Assembly (NCBI GenBank): GCA_965206595.1
Contig: OZ242214.1
Location: 6,656,001 to 6,720,000 of the forward strand
Direction: 5' to 3'
Length of the DNA stretch: 64,000 bases
DNA from: Candidatus Latescibacterota bacterium
Lineage (GTDB): Bacteria > Latescibacterota > UBA2968 > UBA8231
Translations under genes and position numbers: made by a program
In this document: piece by piece, positions 19,544-27,887 of the stretch
Layout of the letters: each line of letters starts with the position of its first letter
How positions within the stretch are numbered: the first letter of the stretch is position 1
The notes under the pieces: generated by a model
What the model saw: the letters and a program-made list of their open reading frames with translations, nothing else
Database searches by the model: none
What the model was told of the DNA's origin: nothing

Positions 19544-22276
19544 TTAATACGCCACGTGGATCAGCCGGTGCGCCGCTGTCGAGGTAGCCGACGCGGAATC
19601 GACAGCGATCTCGATTCTGGCGATGTAGATGCCCGGGGGCACGAGCACTTGGGAATCGTCGTCCCCGAGCCAGGAGATCGCGTAGGAACCTCGCGGATCC
19701 GTCCGCTTTTCCATGGTCTGGCGTACTACGGTGCCGCCGAGGTCGAAAATAGTCAGCCTTACCTCGCGCTCGCTGTTGATGCGAGCGACCGTGAAATGGA
19801 ACGTCATCATATCGTTGATGCCGTCCCCGTTGGGAGTGAGAACCCCCGATCCTGTGGAGAGATTGCTGATTACCTCGTTCCCGGCCAGCGCCAGGACTGC
19901 CGTTGTCTGGCTGTTGACCAGTTCGGTGGCGTCGCCGGCATCGACGCGCTGCCATAAACCGGGCTCCTCAGAGTTCTGCCCGGCCACCTTGAACGAAGTG
20001 CTCGTGGAGAAAATCGTCGGCCTGAAGCGCACTTCGACGAGGTCCGTTCCCTTGGCTACTGGTTCGGGCAATCGAAACCACAACGTGCTGTCAGCGGAGC
20101 CAATCATCACCAGCTCGGCTGCCGAAAAGACCTTTGCTCCGTCCCCGGCGAAGTCTTCATCGCTTCCGACCAGCGCCTCGACCAACTCCATGGTGGTTCC
20201 TCCGGTCGCCTCTATTCTCAACTCGTCGAAGCGCTGCCTGGAACTGGAAAACGAAGGGCGTATGAAGAAGGACAGGTCCAATGGTTTTCCGAGATCCTCT
20301 ACCTGGCTCGGAAACACTTCGCCGACCAGGCGATCGGCCACAGGATCCGAGAAATTCACCGTGATCGAGTGCAGAGACGCCCCCACATCTGCCAGTTCGG
20401 AGAACAAAGTCGCACGGATCTGCATGAACTCCCTGGGGCTCGGAGAGGTGATGTCGGCCCCCTGAAACTGGTACGGAGGACTCCATGCAGACCAGTCTCC
20501 TCCGGGTATGAAGAAGTTTTTTACCTCCCCCTTCTTCGACTTGGGCAGGCGGTCGTATTTCGATTTTGCCGCCTCGGGATCGTCGACCGGCTCCACGGGA
20601 TTACCATTAGAATCGAAATAGAGGAAATTCTCGATCAGCTCGTTCCCGGAACGTGTCTGGATTTCGATGCGGGTCCCCTCGGGAAAGTCGGCTTCCCAGG
20701 AAATCGTGCTGAGGTTCTTGCTGCCGCCGAGCTCGATGAGATCGGAAACCATCACCAGTTCCGGAACGAACCCTTCCCCGTACAACAGCATTTCCGCGAA
20801 AGCCGTGAACGTTCCCAGTACCCCACCGCCTCCCGGATTTGATTTGAGCGTGCCGATCGTGCCTTTGAGATAGCGCACAAGGGTAGGCTCGATATCGTAC
20901 TGGCGGAATTTTTGCGCCCCCTCACCAGCGCAGTGATCGCACGAATACCCGAAATGGGATCCCGTGCCTCCCACTCCCAGCCCGGTGACCTCACCCGCCG
21001 CCCGCGTCCACTTGATGCTTCCATCCGGAGCGCGGGAACCGTCCGATACATCCACCGCCATCTCGTCGATCGCATCCTTGCCGTCCATCAGGAACTGCAT
21101 GGTGTCGACCCAGTAGAGAGCGCCAAGATCCACGACGAAGTCGCTCGGACCGAAGTGCCTGAACAAGGTAACGGTATGCGCCGTCGAATGCCTGCCGTCG
21201 ACTGCGACCGCGGTGATGTCCTTCCACCCCAGGCCCGGACTCGGAAACTCAATGTTGACGCTGCCGCCCCGTTCCGCCATTCTGAGCGCCAAGTTGTCTC
21301 CCGAGGTCCAGACCTCGATCTCGGCGACCCGCGGCCGCTCTCTTCTGTAATACCTGATCGAGCCCCGGCGCTCCTCCCTGATGTTTTCGTACTCGCTCCG
21401 GGAGATCAACGTCTCGCGTCCCGATGGCTCGCGACGGTAGTGATCGATGGCGCCTCGCTCCTCGGGGGATATGGCCCCGTACTTTTCCTCGGCGGTCTCC
21501 CCGTCGGACAACACCTCGGAAGACCTTTCGAGATCTGTGTCAGTGGCGAATATCTGAATCCTGTCTATGGCGTCGCCGCCGAAACTGTCGCTGGCGGGAA
21601 TCAGGGATTCCGGAGGCCGGAATGTGTTGTTCGCCTCGGGATCCGGAAAAAACTCGAACACCCTCTGACTTTTGTTCGGCTTGTCCGTCCTGCCCAGCTC
21701 CCAGTACTTCGGAATGTCCGGGGCTCCGTTCAGCCAGAGCTCGGGAGCTCCTCTCGGAGGAGCGTGGCGCCACGCGAGTACCTTGAACTGCAGGAACGGA
21801 TCTCCCTCTTCTTCCTCGGCGAAGCGCACCACGATCCTGTTGGCAACCACTATGCGCCCGAGGTTTACTTCCGCCCACCATTCGGACAAAGGGCTGTCCG
21901 TGTCGGGTCCCCAGGTCGTTGCAGGGTTGCCGTCGATCAGGAACCGCGCCTCGCTGTCATTGGAACCCACAATGACTCCTCCCGGTCCATCGTCGAAAGC
22001 TGCTCCCTTGGCTTCGTTTTCGAACTCCGTGGCGTCGAAAGCTGCGTTGATGCCTTTGCGCATGAAACGAGGTCCGACGGAGCCATCGCCGGTTATTTCC
22101 GCGGTGCCGCCCGCGACCGCCCACTGCTGCCAGTGGGAGCTGCGGTCAACGACAATCTCGTTTCCCTGTATGCTGTATCCGAGCTGAGCCGACAGCGGCG
22201 ACGAACCTGGGGCAATAACGGCCAAGGCAGCCGCGAACGAAATCGGATGAAAGATCTGCACCTTGGAATTTATCAT
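19544..22276 (-). CDS. Secreted protein with C-terminal FlgD-Ig / type-B T9SS CTD-like domain
   Basis: Likely start MINSKV (22276; ORF extends to TTG 22363). C-terminus LTPNGDGIND...IFDLGG...VPPGIYIA. Shares GxGFVP, I(R/Q)TR(T/S)G, WSxWSPPY, SPxP with the 739-aa protein. Confidence 0.8.
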   Translation of the reverse strand: MINSKVQIFHPISFAAALAVIAPGSSPLSAQLGYSIQGNEIVVDRSSHWQQWAVAGGTAEITGDGSVGPRFMRKGINAAFDATEFENEAKGAAFDDGPGGVIVGSNDSEARFLIDGNPATTWGPDTDSPLSEWWAEVNLGRIVVANRIVVRFAEEEEGDPFLQFKVLAWRHAPPRGAPELWLNGAPDIPKYWELGRTDKPNKSQRVFEFFPDPEANNTFRPPESLIPASDSFGGDAIDRIQIFATDTDLERSSEVLSDGETAEEKYGAISPEERGAIDHYRREPSGRETLISRSEYENIREERRGSIRYYRRERPRVAEIEVWTSGDNLALRMAERGGSVNIEFPSPGLGWKDITAVAVDGRHSTAHTVTLFRHFGPSDFVVDLGALYWVDTMQFLMDGKDAIDEMAVDVSDGSRAPDGSIKWTRAAGEVTGLGVGGTGSHFGYSCDHCAGEGAQKFRQYDIEPTLVRYLKGTIGTLKSNPGGGGVLGTFTAFAEMLLYGEGFVPELVMVSDLIELGGSKNLSTISWEADFPEGTRIEIQTRSGNELIENFLYFDSNGNPVEPVDDPEAAKSKYDRLPKSKKGEVKNFFIPGGDWSAWSPPYQFQGADITSPSPREFMQIRATLFSELADVGASLHSITVNFSDPVADRLVGEVFPSQVEDLGKPLDLSFFIRPSFSSSRQRFDELRIEATGGTTMELVEALVGSDEDFAGDGAKVFSAAELVMIGSADSTLWFRLPEPVAKGTDLVEVRFRPTIFSTSTSFKVAGQNSEEPGLWQRVDAGDATELVNSQTTAVLALAGNEVISNLSTGSGVLTPNGDGINDMMTFHFTVARINSEREVRLTIFDLGGTVVRQTMEKRTDPRGSYAISWLGDDDSQVLVPPGIYIARIEIAVDSASATSTAAHRLIHVAY

Positions 22277-22369
22277 AAGCCCTGCGATTGTTTCTCGACG
22301 CGGTAACGGTGTGAACTCTGGACTGATTCTCTTTAAAAGGATCTTCTTCAACTTGGACGTCAATGCAAC

Positions 22370-22412
22370 AGAAAGAGAACAGGGGGGGCTCCTGTTGTTT
22401 GAACCCCCCCTG
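22370..22412 (-). terminator. Intrinsic terminator/attenuator after the HEPPG gene
   Basis: Minus strand CAGGGGGGGTTC-loop-GAGCCCCCCCTG followed by TTCTCTTTCT. Confidence 0.6.
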
Positions 22413-22445
22413 CCTGTTTACTACGCCCTTTCCTCGTCTACTTCA

Positions 22446-23396
22446 TTACTCCTCGATGAGGAAATCGGACTTGATTCGGCCCCAAGTGTCGGTCTCGACA
22501 GCCGTCGGCCACAGCGAGTCGTCGATTTCGAGCAACTCGAAGTCGGCGAGCAGACTGCTGTTGCGCCAAGTGTCGTGCAACGGCGGAAAATCATACGAAG
22601 CCGAGTAACGCTCACCCTCGACGGGAACGTCGAAATCCTTGAACATGTAGGCAATGCCGAGGATGCTACCCACTTCGAGATCGACGATAGTGCTGCGGGA
22701 CTCGCCATCTTCACCGCGATACAGGTTCTCCCACGGGGTCACCATCATCTCGTAGGTGCGGGTTCCGGGTTCGTAGAGCTCGGCATTGAGCGTCCAACCC
22801 ACCTCGAGGTACTGGGGGGCCAGGATCTCGCGACCGGTGGTCAGGAAGTTGTCGTTGCCGACAAAACCGCGACCGAGCATGAAGATGTAGTAGCCGTCGA
22901 GGGGCGGGGTGTAGTAGCGGTAGTTCTGGCCCGAAACGAAGATCAAGTCGATCTGGTCGTCGTGCTCTTCTGCGTGCCAGTCACTGTTCCACAAGTCGCC
23001 GCCGCTGTGGTCGGCATCGACGATGAAATCGAAACCGTCATCCCAATCGACGCCGGAGGGGTCTTCCTTATCCCTCTTGAAGTAGTCGTCAAACACGTCG
23101 GCCGTTACATAGAGGCGGTTGGTCTCTTCGTTCCAGCCGAGGATGTGCTTGGTGTTGAAATCGTCGAGTCTGACTTCGGTGTCGTTGCCGACCACCGTCT
23201 CTTCGAAATCATTCTCGCGAGTCACCCAGTACGACTCGGGAACCATGTCCCAATCGCTGAGGTCGCCATCGATGGTCGGAATGGCGTGGGTCGGGAACGC
23301 GACCGCGAAGTACGTCACGCCCGGGGGCTCGTGCGCCGAGGCGGCGCTGAGGCCCAGGATGAGGCTGAGTGAAAGAATGCCCTTCAAACTTTTCAT
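22446..23396 (-). CDS. Secreted CBM9/DOMON-like protein (HEPPG family) with C-terminal AVExxTWGRIK motif
   Basis: Signal peptide MKSLKG...ASA|HEPPG, motif PTIDGDLSDW, VDADHSGG, tail TAVETDTWGRIKSDF. Confidence 0.75.
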   Translation of the reverse strand: MKSLKGILSLSLILGLSAASAHEPPGVTYFAVAFPTHAIPTIDGDLSDWDMVPESYWVTRENDFEETVVGNDTEVRLDDFNTKHILGWNEETNRLYVTADVFDDYFKRDKEDPSGVDWDDGFDFIVDADHSGGDLWNSDWHAEEHDDQIDLIFVSGQNYRYYTPPLDGYYIFMLGRGFVGNDNFLTTGREILAPQYLEVGWTLNAELYEPGTRTYEMMVTPWENLYRGEDGESRSTIVDLEVGSILGIAYMFKDFDVPVEGERYSASYDFPPLHDTWRNSSLLADFELLEIDDSLWPTAVETDTWGRIKSDFLIEE

Positions 23397-23821
23397 TGCT
23401 TTGGATCTCCTCACGGACTGAAGGGGTTTTGAAAAATTGCAATCGCCACACTCTGTGTCGTTGCAAGTCTGCCGGCAGAATGGGCGCCGACAAGGAATTG
23501 TTCGTCGAGTTGTCGCATTGAACTGCGCCTGCCGCGAATGCGGTACTCATTCAGCTCGGTCCCACTCATAGGCTCATCCGGCAAGTTCTGAGTTCATTCC
23601 TTAATGGCAGTACGGGTTTGTTTATTTGGCAGTAATGGTTGACTATTCAAAATAGTAATGAAACAGTTTTGATAAAAGGTGTTTGGAGTTAGGAATCGTT
23701 GGAAATGTACGCCTTCCCGATGTTCCAAAGCAAGAGGCAAGCACTCGGAGATGAACAATTGAACACTGGTGAACCGTTGCGCCTTCAGGTCTCCTCCGGT
23801 TCGGATGACGGCAATTCTCCG

Positions 23822-25987
23822 TCATTTCCTCTCTTCGAGGAACTGTCGCACCGAGGCCGCCAGTGGGTGCTCCGGCCCGAGCTCAAGACCCTTCAGTGCC
23901 ACCTCGTAGGCACGTCGGTACTGGCCGGTGGCGTAGAGCGCTTTGGCGAGGTTGAAGTAGGCTGTTGAATGAGTAGGGTCGAAATCGAGGAGCCGCTCCC
24001 ACAAGCGGATCGCCTCTCCGACCCGACCGGTGCTGGCGCAGGCGATCGCCAAGTCGTTGTAGTACTCGGGACCGTCGGGAAACAAGGCCACCGCGGCCCT
24101 CAGTAAGGGCAGTGCCCGGTCGTAGGCGCGCAGGTAGCCATGGGCGATTCCCGCGTTTCCATACAGGCGGTGGGCGTAGACATCGGGCAACAAGTCGGAC
24201 AACTGAGGCACCTTCAGGGCCCGGTCGAAGGTGCGCACCGCCTCGTTCCAGTCGGAGGCCCGCATCGCCAGCGACCCGATCCGGGTATTCAGCAGCACGT
24301 CGAACAAGGTACTGGCGCCTGGTTCGGCACCCTCCATGTCGGACGGCAGTAATCCCAGCCGGATGGTGGGACCGGAGTGCTCCATCCCGGCTAACCCCGA
24401 CAGCGGCAGGAAATACCAGTCCATGGGATCGAATGCCGCTGCATCCACCCCTGTACCGGGTGAAAATGTCTGCGGCCACGAAGCGGAAGAGACGAGTTTC
24501 CCGGAATTCGGCGACACCTCGGCATCGGCGCAGAGCGGGTGTCGATACTCCAATAAAACAACATGCGGACTCGCCCCGGTTGCCAGCCTTGCACTTTCCC
24601 AAACCCTAGCCGGGTCAGGTTCGAGAAACAGCGGCGGAAGATGTTCGCGTTTGCGAAGCCAATCGTACGCCGCGATCAGCTTCTCCTCACCATAGCTGCG
24701 AAGAAAATGCGTCTCCCTGACGAGGACTCGGCGCGGTGTCAGCACCTGGATGTTCCCGCACCTGTCGGGGAGGTGCACCAGCCGCCTGCTGGCGGGGGCG
24801 TTGTTCTCCATCCAGGTGACGGCCTGTTCGCGCGTGTCGCTGCCTGACAGCAGAGCCCTGGTGTGCAGCGAGGCGTAGGCCGGCTCCGCGAGCAGGACGG
24901 CGAGAACCGCCGCCATCAGCGTGGGGCTGCGGCGCAACCGGAGCAGGGGCCGAACCATCAGCACCGACATGATCGGAGTCAGCGGCAGCGCGTATCGCAT
25001 GAAAACCGAGCCCGCTGCGGCCAGCAGAATCGCGAAGGCACCCAGTCCTGAGAGCAGAACGACCTCGTCCCTCTTCAGGCTCCCCGGCTTTCTCGCCAGA
25101 GACAGAAGCAGGAGGGCGACCCCCGCCAGGCCAAGGCCGAAACGCAGGGTGTGACGCAAGTGGAAAAAAAAGGGCCGTTCTACGGCCGCATTCGGAAGCA
25201 AATGGTCGCCGCCCATTTGGGCGAAGTCCTTCCAGAAAGCGGCCGAATCCAGCCACACGTACGGAGTCGCAGCACAGAACGACAGCACCGCCGCAGCGCC
25301 GGCGCACCAGATGCCGGGATGGCGCAGAGAAGGGGTCCGCAGCAACGCCGCGGCCGCGACTGGCACCGCGACCAGGGCAGCCGGGTACTTGGTCGCTCCT
25401 GCCAGGCCGGCGAAGAGCCCGGCGACCAGCGCATCGACACAGGTCCCCCGTTGCCGCATCCGCACCGCAAACACCAGGGCCAGGCTGACCCACAGCACCG
25501 CCGGCGTGTCGGTGTTGGCGAGATGGCCGAAGCGCACCGACAGTGGCATCAGCGCCAGGACAAGGGCGGCCAACAGCCCCCCGGCGGAGCCGTACAGGAG
25601 ACGCCCTAGAAAGGCTGTCACCGCCACGGTAGCCGCCGCCATCACGGTGCTGCATGCGCGGGCGAGTGACAACAGATCGCCGCCGTCGACGAAATACCGG
25701 TAGGCGACGAACTGTTCCAGCGGAACGCTTTCCGCCAAGGTGAACTTTGCGAAATAGAGAAGGGATACCAGGTAGAACTGAAGGGTCGGATAGTTGAAGA
25801 AGTGGGGATTGAGATCGCCGCTCCAGAATCCCAGCGGAATCAGGACCAGCGATTCCTCATCGAAGTGCGACCACTCCGGCGCCGGGAGCGGCCAGCGCAG
25901 CCACAGCGAGAGAAGCACCGTCCCCCCCAGCAACCAGGGCCAGTATCTCGCGATGGACAGGGAAGAGTCGGGAGGCTGCGTTCTCAC
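23822..25987 (-). CDS. GT-C (GT39/PMT-like) glycosyltransferase with C-terminal TPR repeats
   Basis: HFDEES, PHFFNYPTL, many TM helices, ATKYPA, MRYALP. TPR motifs such as EYYNDLAIAC and TAYFNLAKALY. Confidence 0.8.
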   Translation of the reverse strand: MRTQPPDSSLSIARYWPWLLGGTVLLSLWLRWPLPAPEWSHFDEESLVLIPLGFWSGDLNPHFFNYPTLQFYLVSLLYFAKFTLAESVPLEQFVAYRYFVDGGDLLSLARACSTVMAAATVAVTAFLGRLLYGSAGGLLAALVLALMPLSVRFGHLANTDTPAVLWVSLALVFAVRMRQRGTCVDALVAGLFAGLAGATKYPAALVAVPVAAAALLRTPSLRHPGIWCAGAAAVLSFCAATPYVWLDSAAFWKDFAQMGGDHLLPNAAVERPFFFHLRHTLRFGLGLAGVALLLLSLARKPGSLKRDEVVLLSGLGAFAILLAAAGSVFMRYALPLTPIMSVLMVRPLLRLRRSPTLMAAVLAVLLAEPAYASLHTRALLSGSDTREQAVTWMENNAPASRRLVHLPDRCGNIQVLTPRRVLVRETHFLRSYGEEKLIAAYDWLRKREHLPPLFLEPDPARVWESARLATGASPHVVLLEYRHPLCADAEVSPNSGKLVSSASWPQTFSPGTGVDAAAFDPMDWYFLPLSGLAGMEHSGPTIRLGLLPSDMEGAEPGASTLFDVLLNTRIGSLAMRASDWNEAVRTFDRALKVPQLSDLLPDVYAHRLYGNAGIAHGYLRAYDRALPLLRAAVALFPDGPEYYNDLAIACASTGRVGEAIRLWERLLDFDPTHSTAYFNLAKALYATGQYRRAYEVALKGLELGPEHPLAASVRQFLEERK

Positions 25988-26035
25988 CCTCCGTAGGTTG
26001 CGCGCGTGCGAGTTGGGTACCGCTGCGACATTGCA

Positions 26036-27799
26036 CTACAGGGCGGACGCCAGGGCATCCTCGTAGATCTCCACCTCGGAGGCGTATTTCTCCCGCAAGC
26101 TTTCCACTTCACCTTCGAACAGCCGCTGCTTTCTCAGCCACCTGACGGTGGCGACGACGCGCCGCTCCACCTCCTCGAAGGTGACCTGACGGCGGTCCCT
26201 GGATATGACCCGGAAGACGGAGTACCCGTCAGCCACCTCGAGCGGACCCATGAGCTTTCCGATGGGAGCCTTCCTGACCGCGGCTTCGAGCCCCCCCCAG
26301 GCCGCCTTCTCGAAGGCATACAGCTCGGCCCTGCCGTTCTCGTTCCGGTGATCGAGGGGCCGCCCGGAGCGGCCGGCGAACTCGGCGAACGTCGCGCCTT
26401 CCTCAATCTGCTTTTTCAGGCCCAGTGCCTCCTCCTCGGAGTCCACGAGGATCTCGTCCATGACGAACAGCTCGGGATCGGCGAACATGGAGGCGTTGTC
26501 ATCGAAATACCGGCGTGCTTCGTCCTTGGAGACCTCAAGCCGTCCCTCGAGCACGGTGGTGCGCAGCTCGACAATCAGCAGCCACCTGCGCTGCTTTTCG
26601 AGCCAGGCAACTACCGCCGGCTCCTCGTGTATCTCCGAGCGCACTGCCGCCTCCATGAACATCGCATCCGGCACGAGGAAACGGGTTGCCGCGTCGATGA
26701 CGTCTTCAGCCGTCTCCATGGAATCCGGCCGTTGGCGTCGGACCTTCAGGGCTTCGATCAAATCCCCTGCGGTGATGCTTCCGTCACTGAAGGTGTAGAG
26801 GACTATCGAGTCCTCCTCTTCGGGTGAGAAGGGCTTGTCGATTCTCGTCCGGGAAAGGAAGCGGTCGACGCCGCTTCGATTCAGCTCGAGCCCGTACTCC
26901 CCCGCCAGCTCAGCGGCGAGCTTGTCGCGCGCCTTCCGGAACTTGAGAGTCTGGAATTCCTTCACCACCTCCTGCAACGCCATGGGTCCCAACTGCACCC
27001 TCATCTCGTCGGTCACCTTGACGACCGCCCAAAGTCCCCCGGCGAACCTGATCGCTTGGGATGTTTCACCCACTTCGAGAGAAAAAAGGGCGTCGCGGAA
27101 GACCGGATCGATTTCGACTTTGACGGAAGCCCGTCCCCTGTCTCCCCCGGTTTCCGCGGTGGCCTTGCTCAGCGACATTTCCCGGGCCACCTCCTCGAAG
27201 CTCCTGCCGCCGTCGATTTCGGCGCGGGCACGCTCCGCAGCTTGCATCGATTCCACGATGATCTCGCTGAACCGGATCGCCCGGTCGTGCTCCTCCCTTG
27301 CGACAAACTCCTCGAACTCCTTCGGATCCGTCTCGACCTCGATCTCACGGGCCTGGAAAATGCCGATGAGCCTTTCCTTTCTCGCCTTGCTCAGCCTTGT
27401 GACAAACCGGCGGCTCTGATCGAGACCTCGCGCGTGCGCCTCGAGCCGCAGAATCTCCCTGTCCATCAACGTCTGCAGGTGGTTTTTGGCCCTTTCGATA
27501 CCAGTCCGCTCGCCTCGCAGCTGCTCGGGCATTCTGCCGCTGAATTTTTTAAGATCCGCGGCGGTGATCTCCGCACCCGCCACCCTGGCCACGACCACAT
27601 CCCGGGGCAGGGCGGATTCGGTCGCCGCCGGAGCATCGTTTCCAGACGGAACGGGAACCGGTGCCTTTTCGTCCGGCGGTGCCGAGCAGGCGGCGAGGGC
27701 AAGGACGAGACCTGCGAGCCGCGGTCGGGGAAACACTCGGCGGTGCCCGGGGCATGGAGACGTTGAGGAACCTCTATTTTTACTGAGAATGCTGATCAT
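26036..27799 (-). CDS. Parvulin-type peptidyl-prolyl isomerase / foldase lipoprotein (two PpiC domains)
   Basis: Lipobox-like LAAC, VVARVAGAEIT, GRSFEEVAREMS...GGDRG, second domain GATFAEFA...GYSVFRV. Start chosen at MISILS. Confidence 0.8.
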   Translation of the reverse strand: MISILSKNRGSSTSPCPGHRRVFPRPRLAGLVLALAACSAPPDEKAPVPVPSGNDAPAATESALPRDVVVARVAGAEITAADLKKFSGRMPEQLRGERTGIERAKNHLQTLMDREILRLEAHARGLDQSRRFVTRLSKARKERLIGIFQAREIEVETDPKEFEEFVAREEHDRAIRFSEIIVESMQAAERARAEIDGGRSFEEVAREMSLSKATAETGGDRGRASVKVEIDPVFRDALFSLEVGETSQAIRFAGGLWAVVKVTDEMRVQLGPMALQEVVKEFQTLKFRKARDKLAAELAGEYGLELNRSGVDRFLSRTRIDKPFSPEEEDSIVLYTFSDGSITAGDLIEALKVRRQRPDSMETAEDVIDAATRFLVPDAMFMEAAVRSEIHEEPAVVAWLEKQRRWLLIVELRTTVLEGRLEVSKDEARRYFDDNASMFADPELFVMDEILVDSEEEALGLKKQIEEGATFAEFAGRSGRPLDHRNENGRAELYAFEKAAWGGLEAAVRKAPIGKLMGPLEVADGYSVFRVISRDRRQVTFEEVERRVVATVRWLRKQRLFEGEVESLREKYASEVEIYEDALASAL

Positions 27800-27887
27800 C
27801 CTTCCTCGTTCCTTCTGTTCCCCGTTTGTGATGGCGTTGCGGCAGGGCTGACTGCGGCGGGATTTAAGGATACAGAACCGATTTAAC

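Noticed and set aside
23603-23643. sigma54 promoter at TGGCAG...TTG
   Set aside because: Spacing is wrong and it is on the wrong strand for the adjacent gene.
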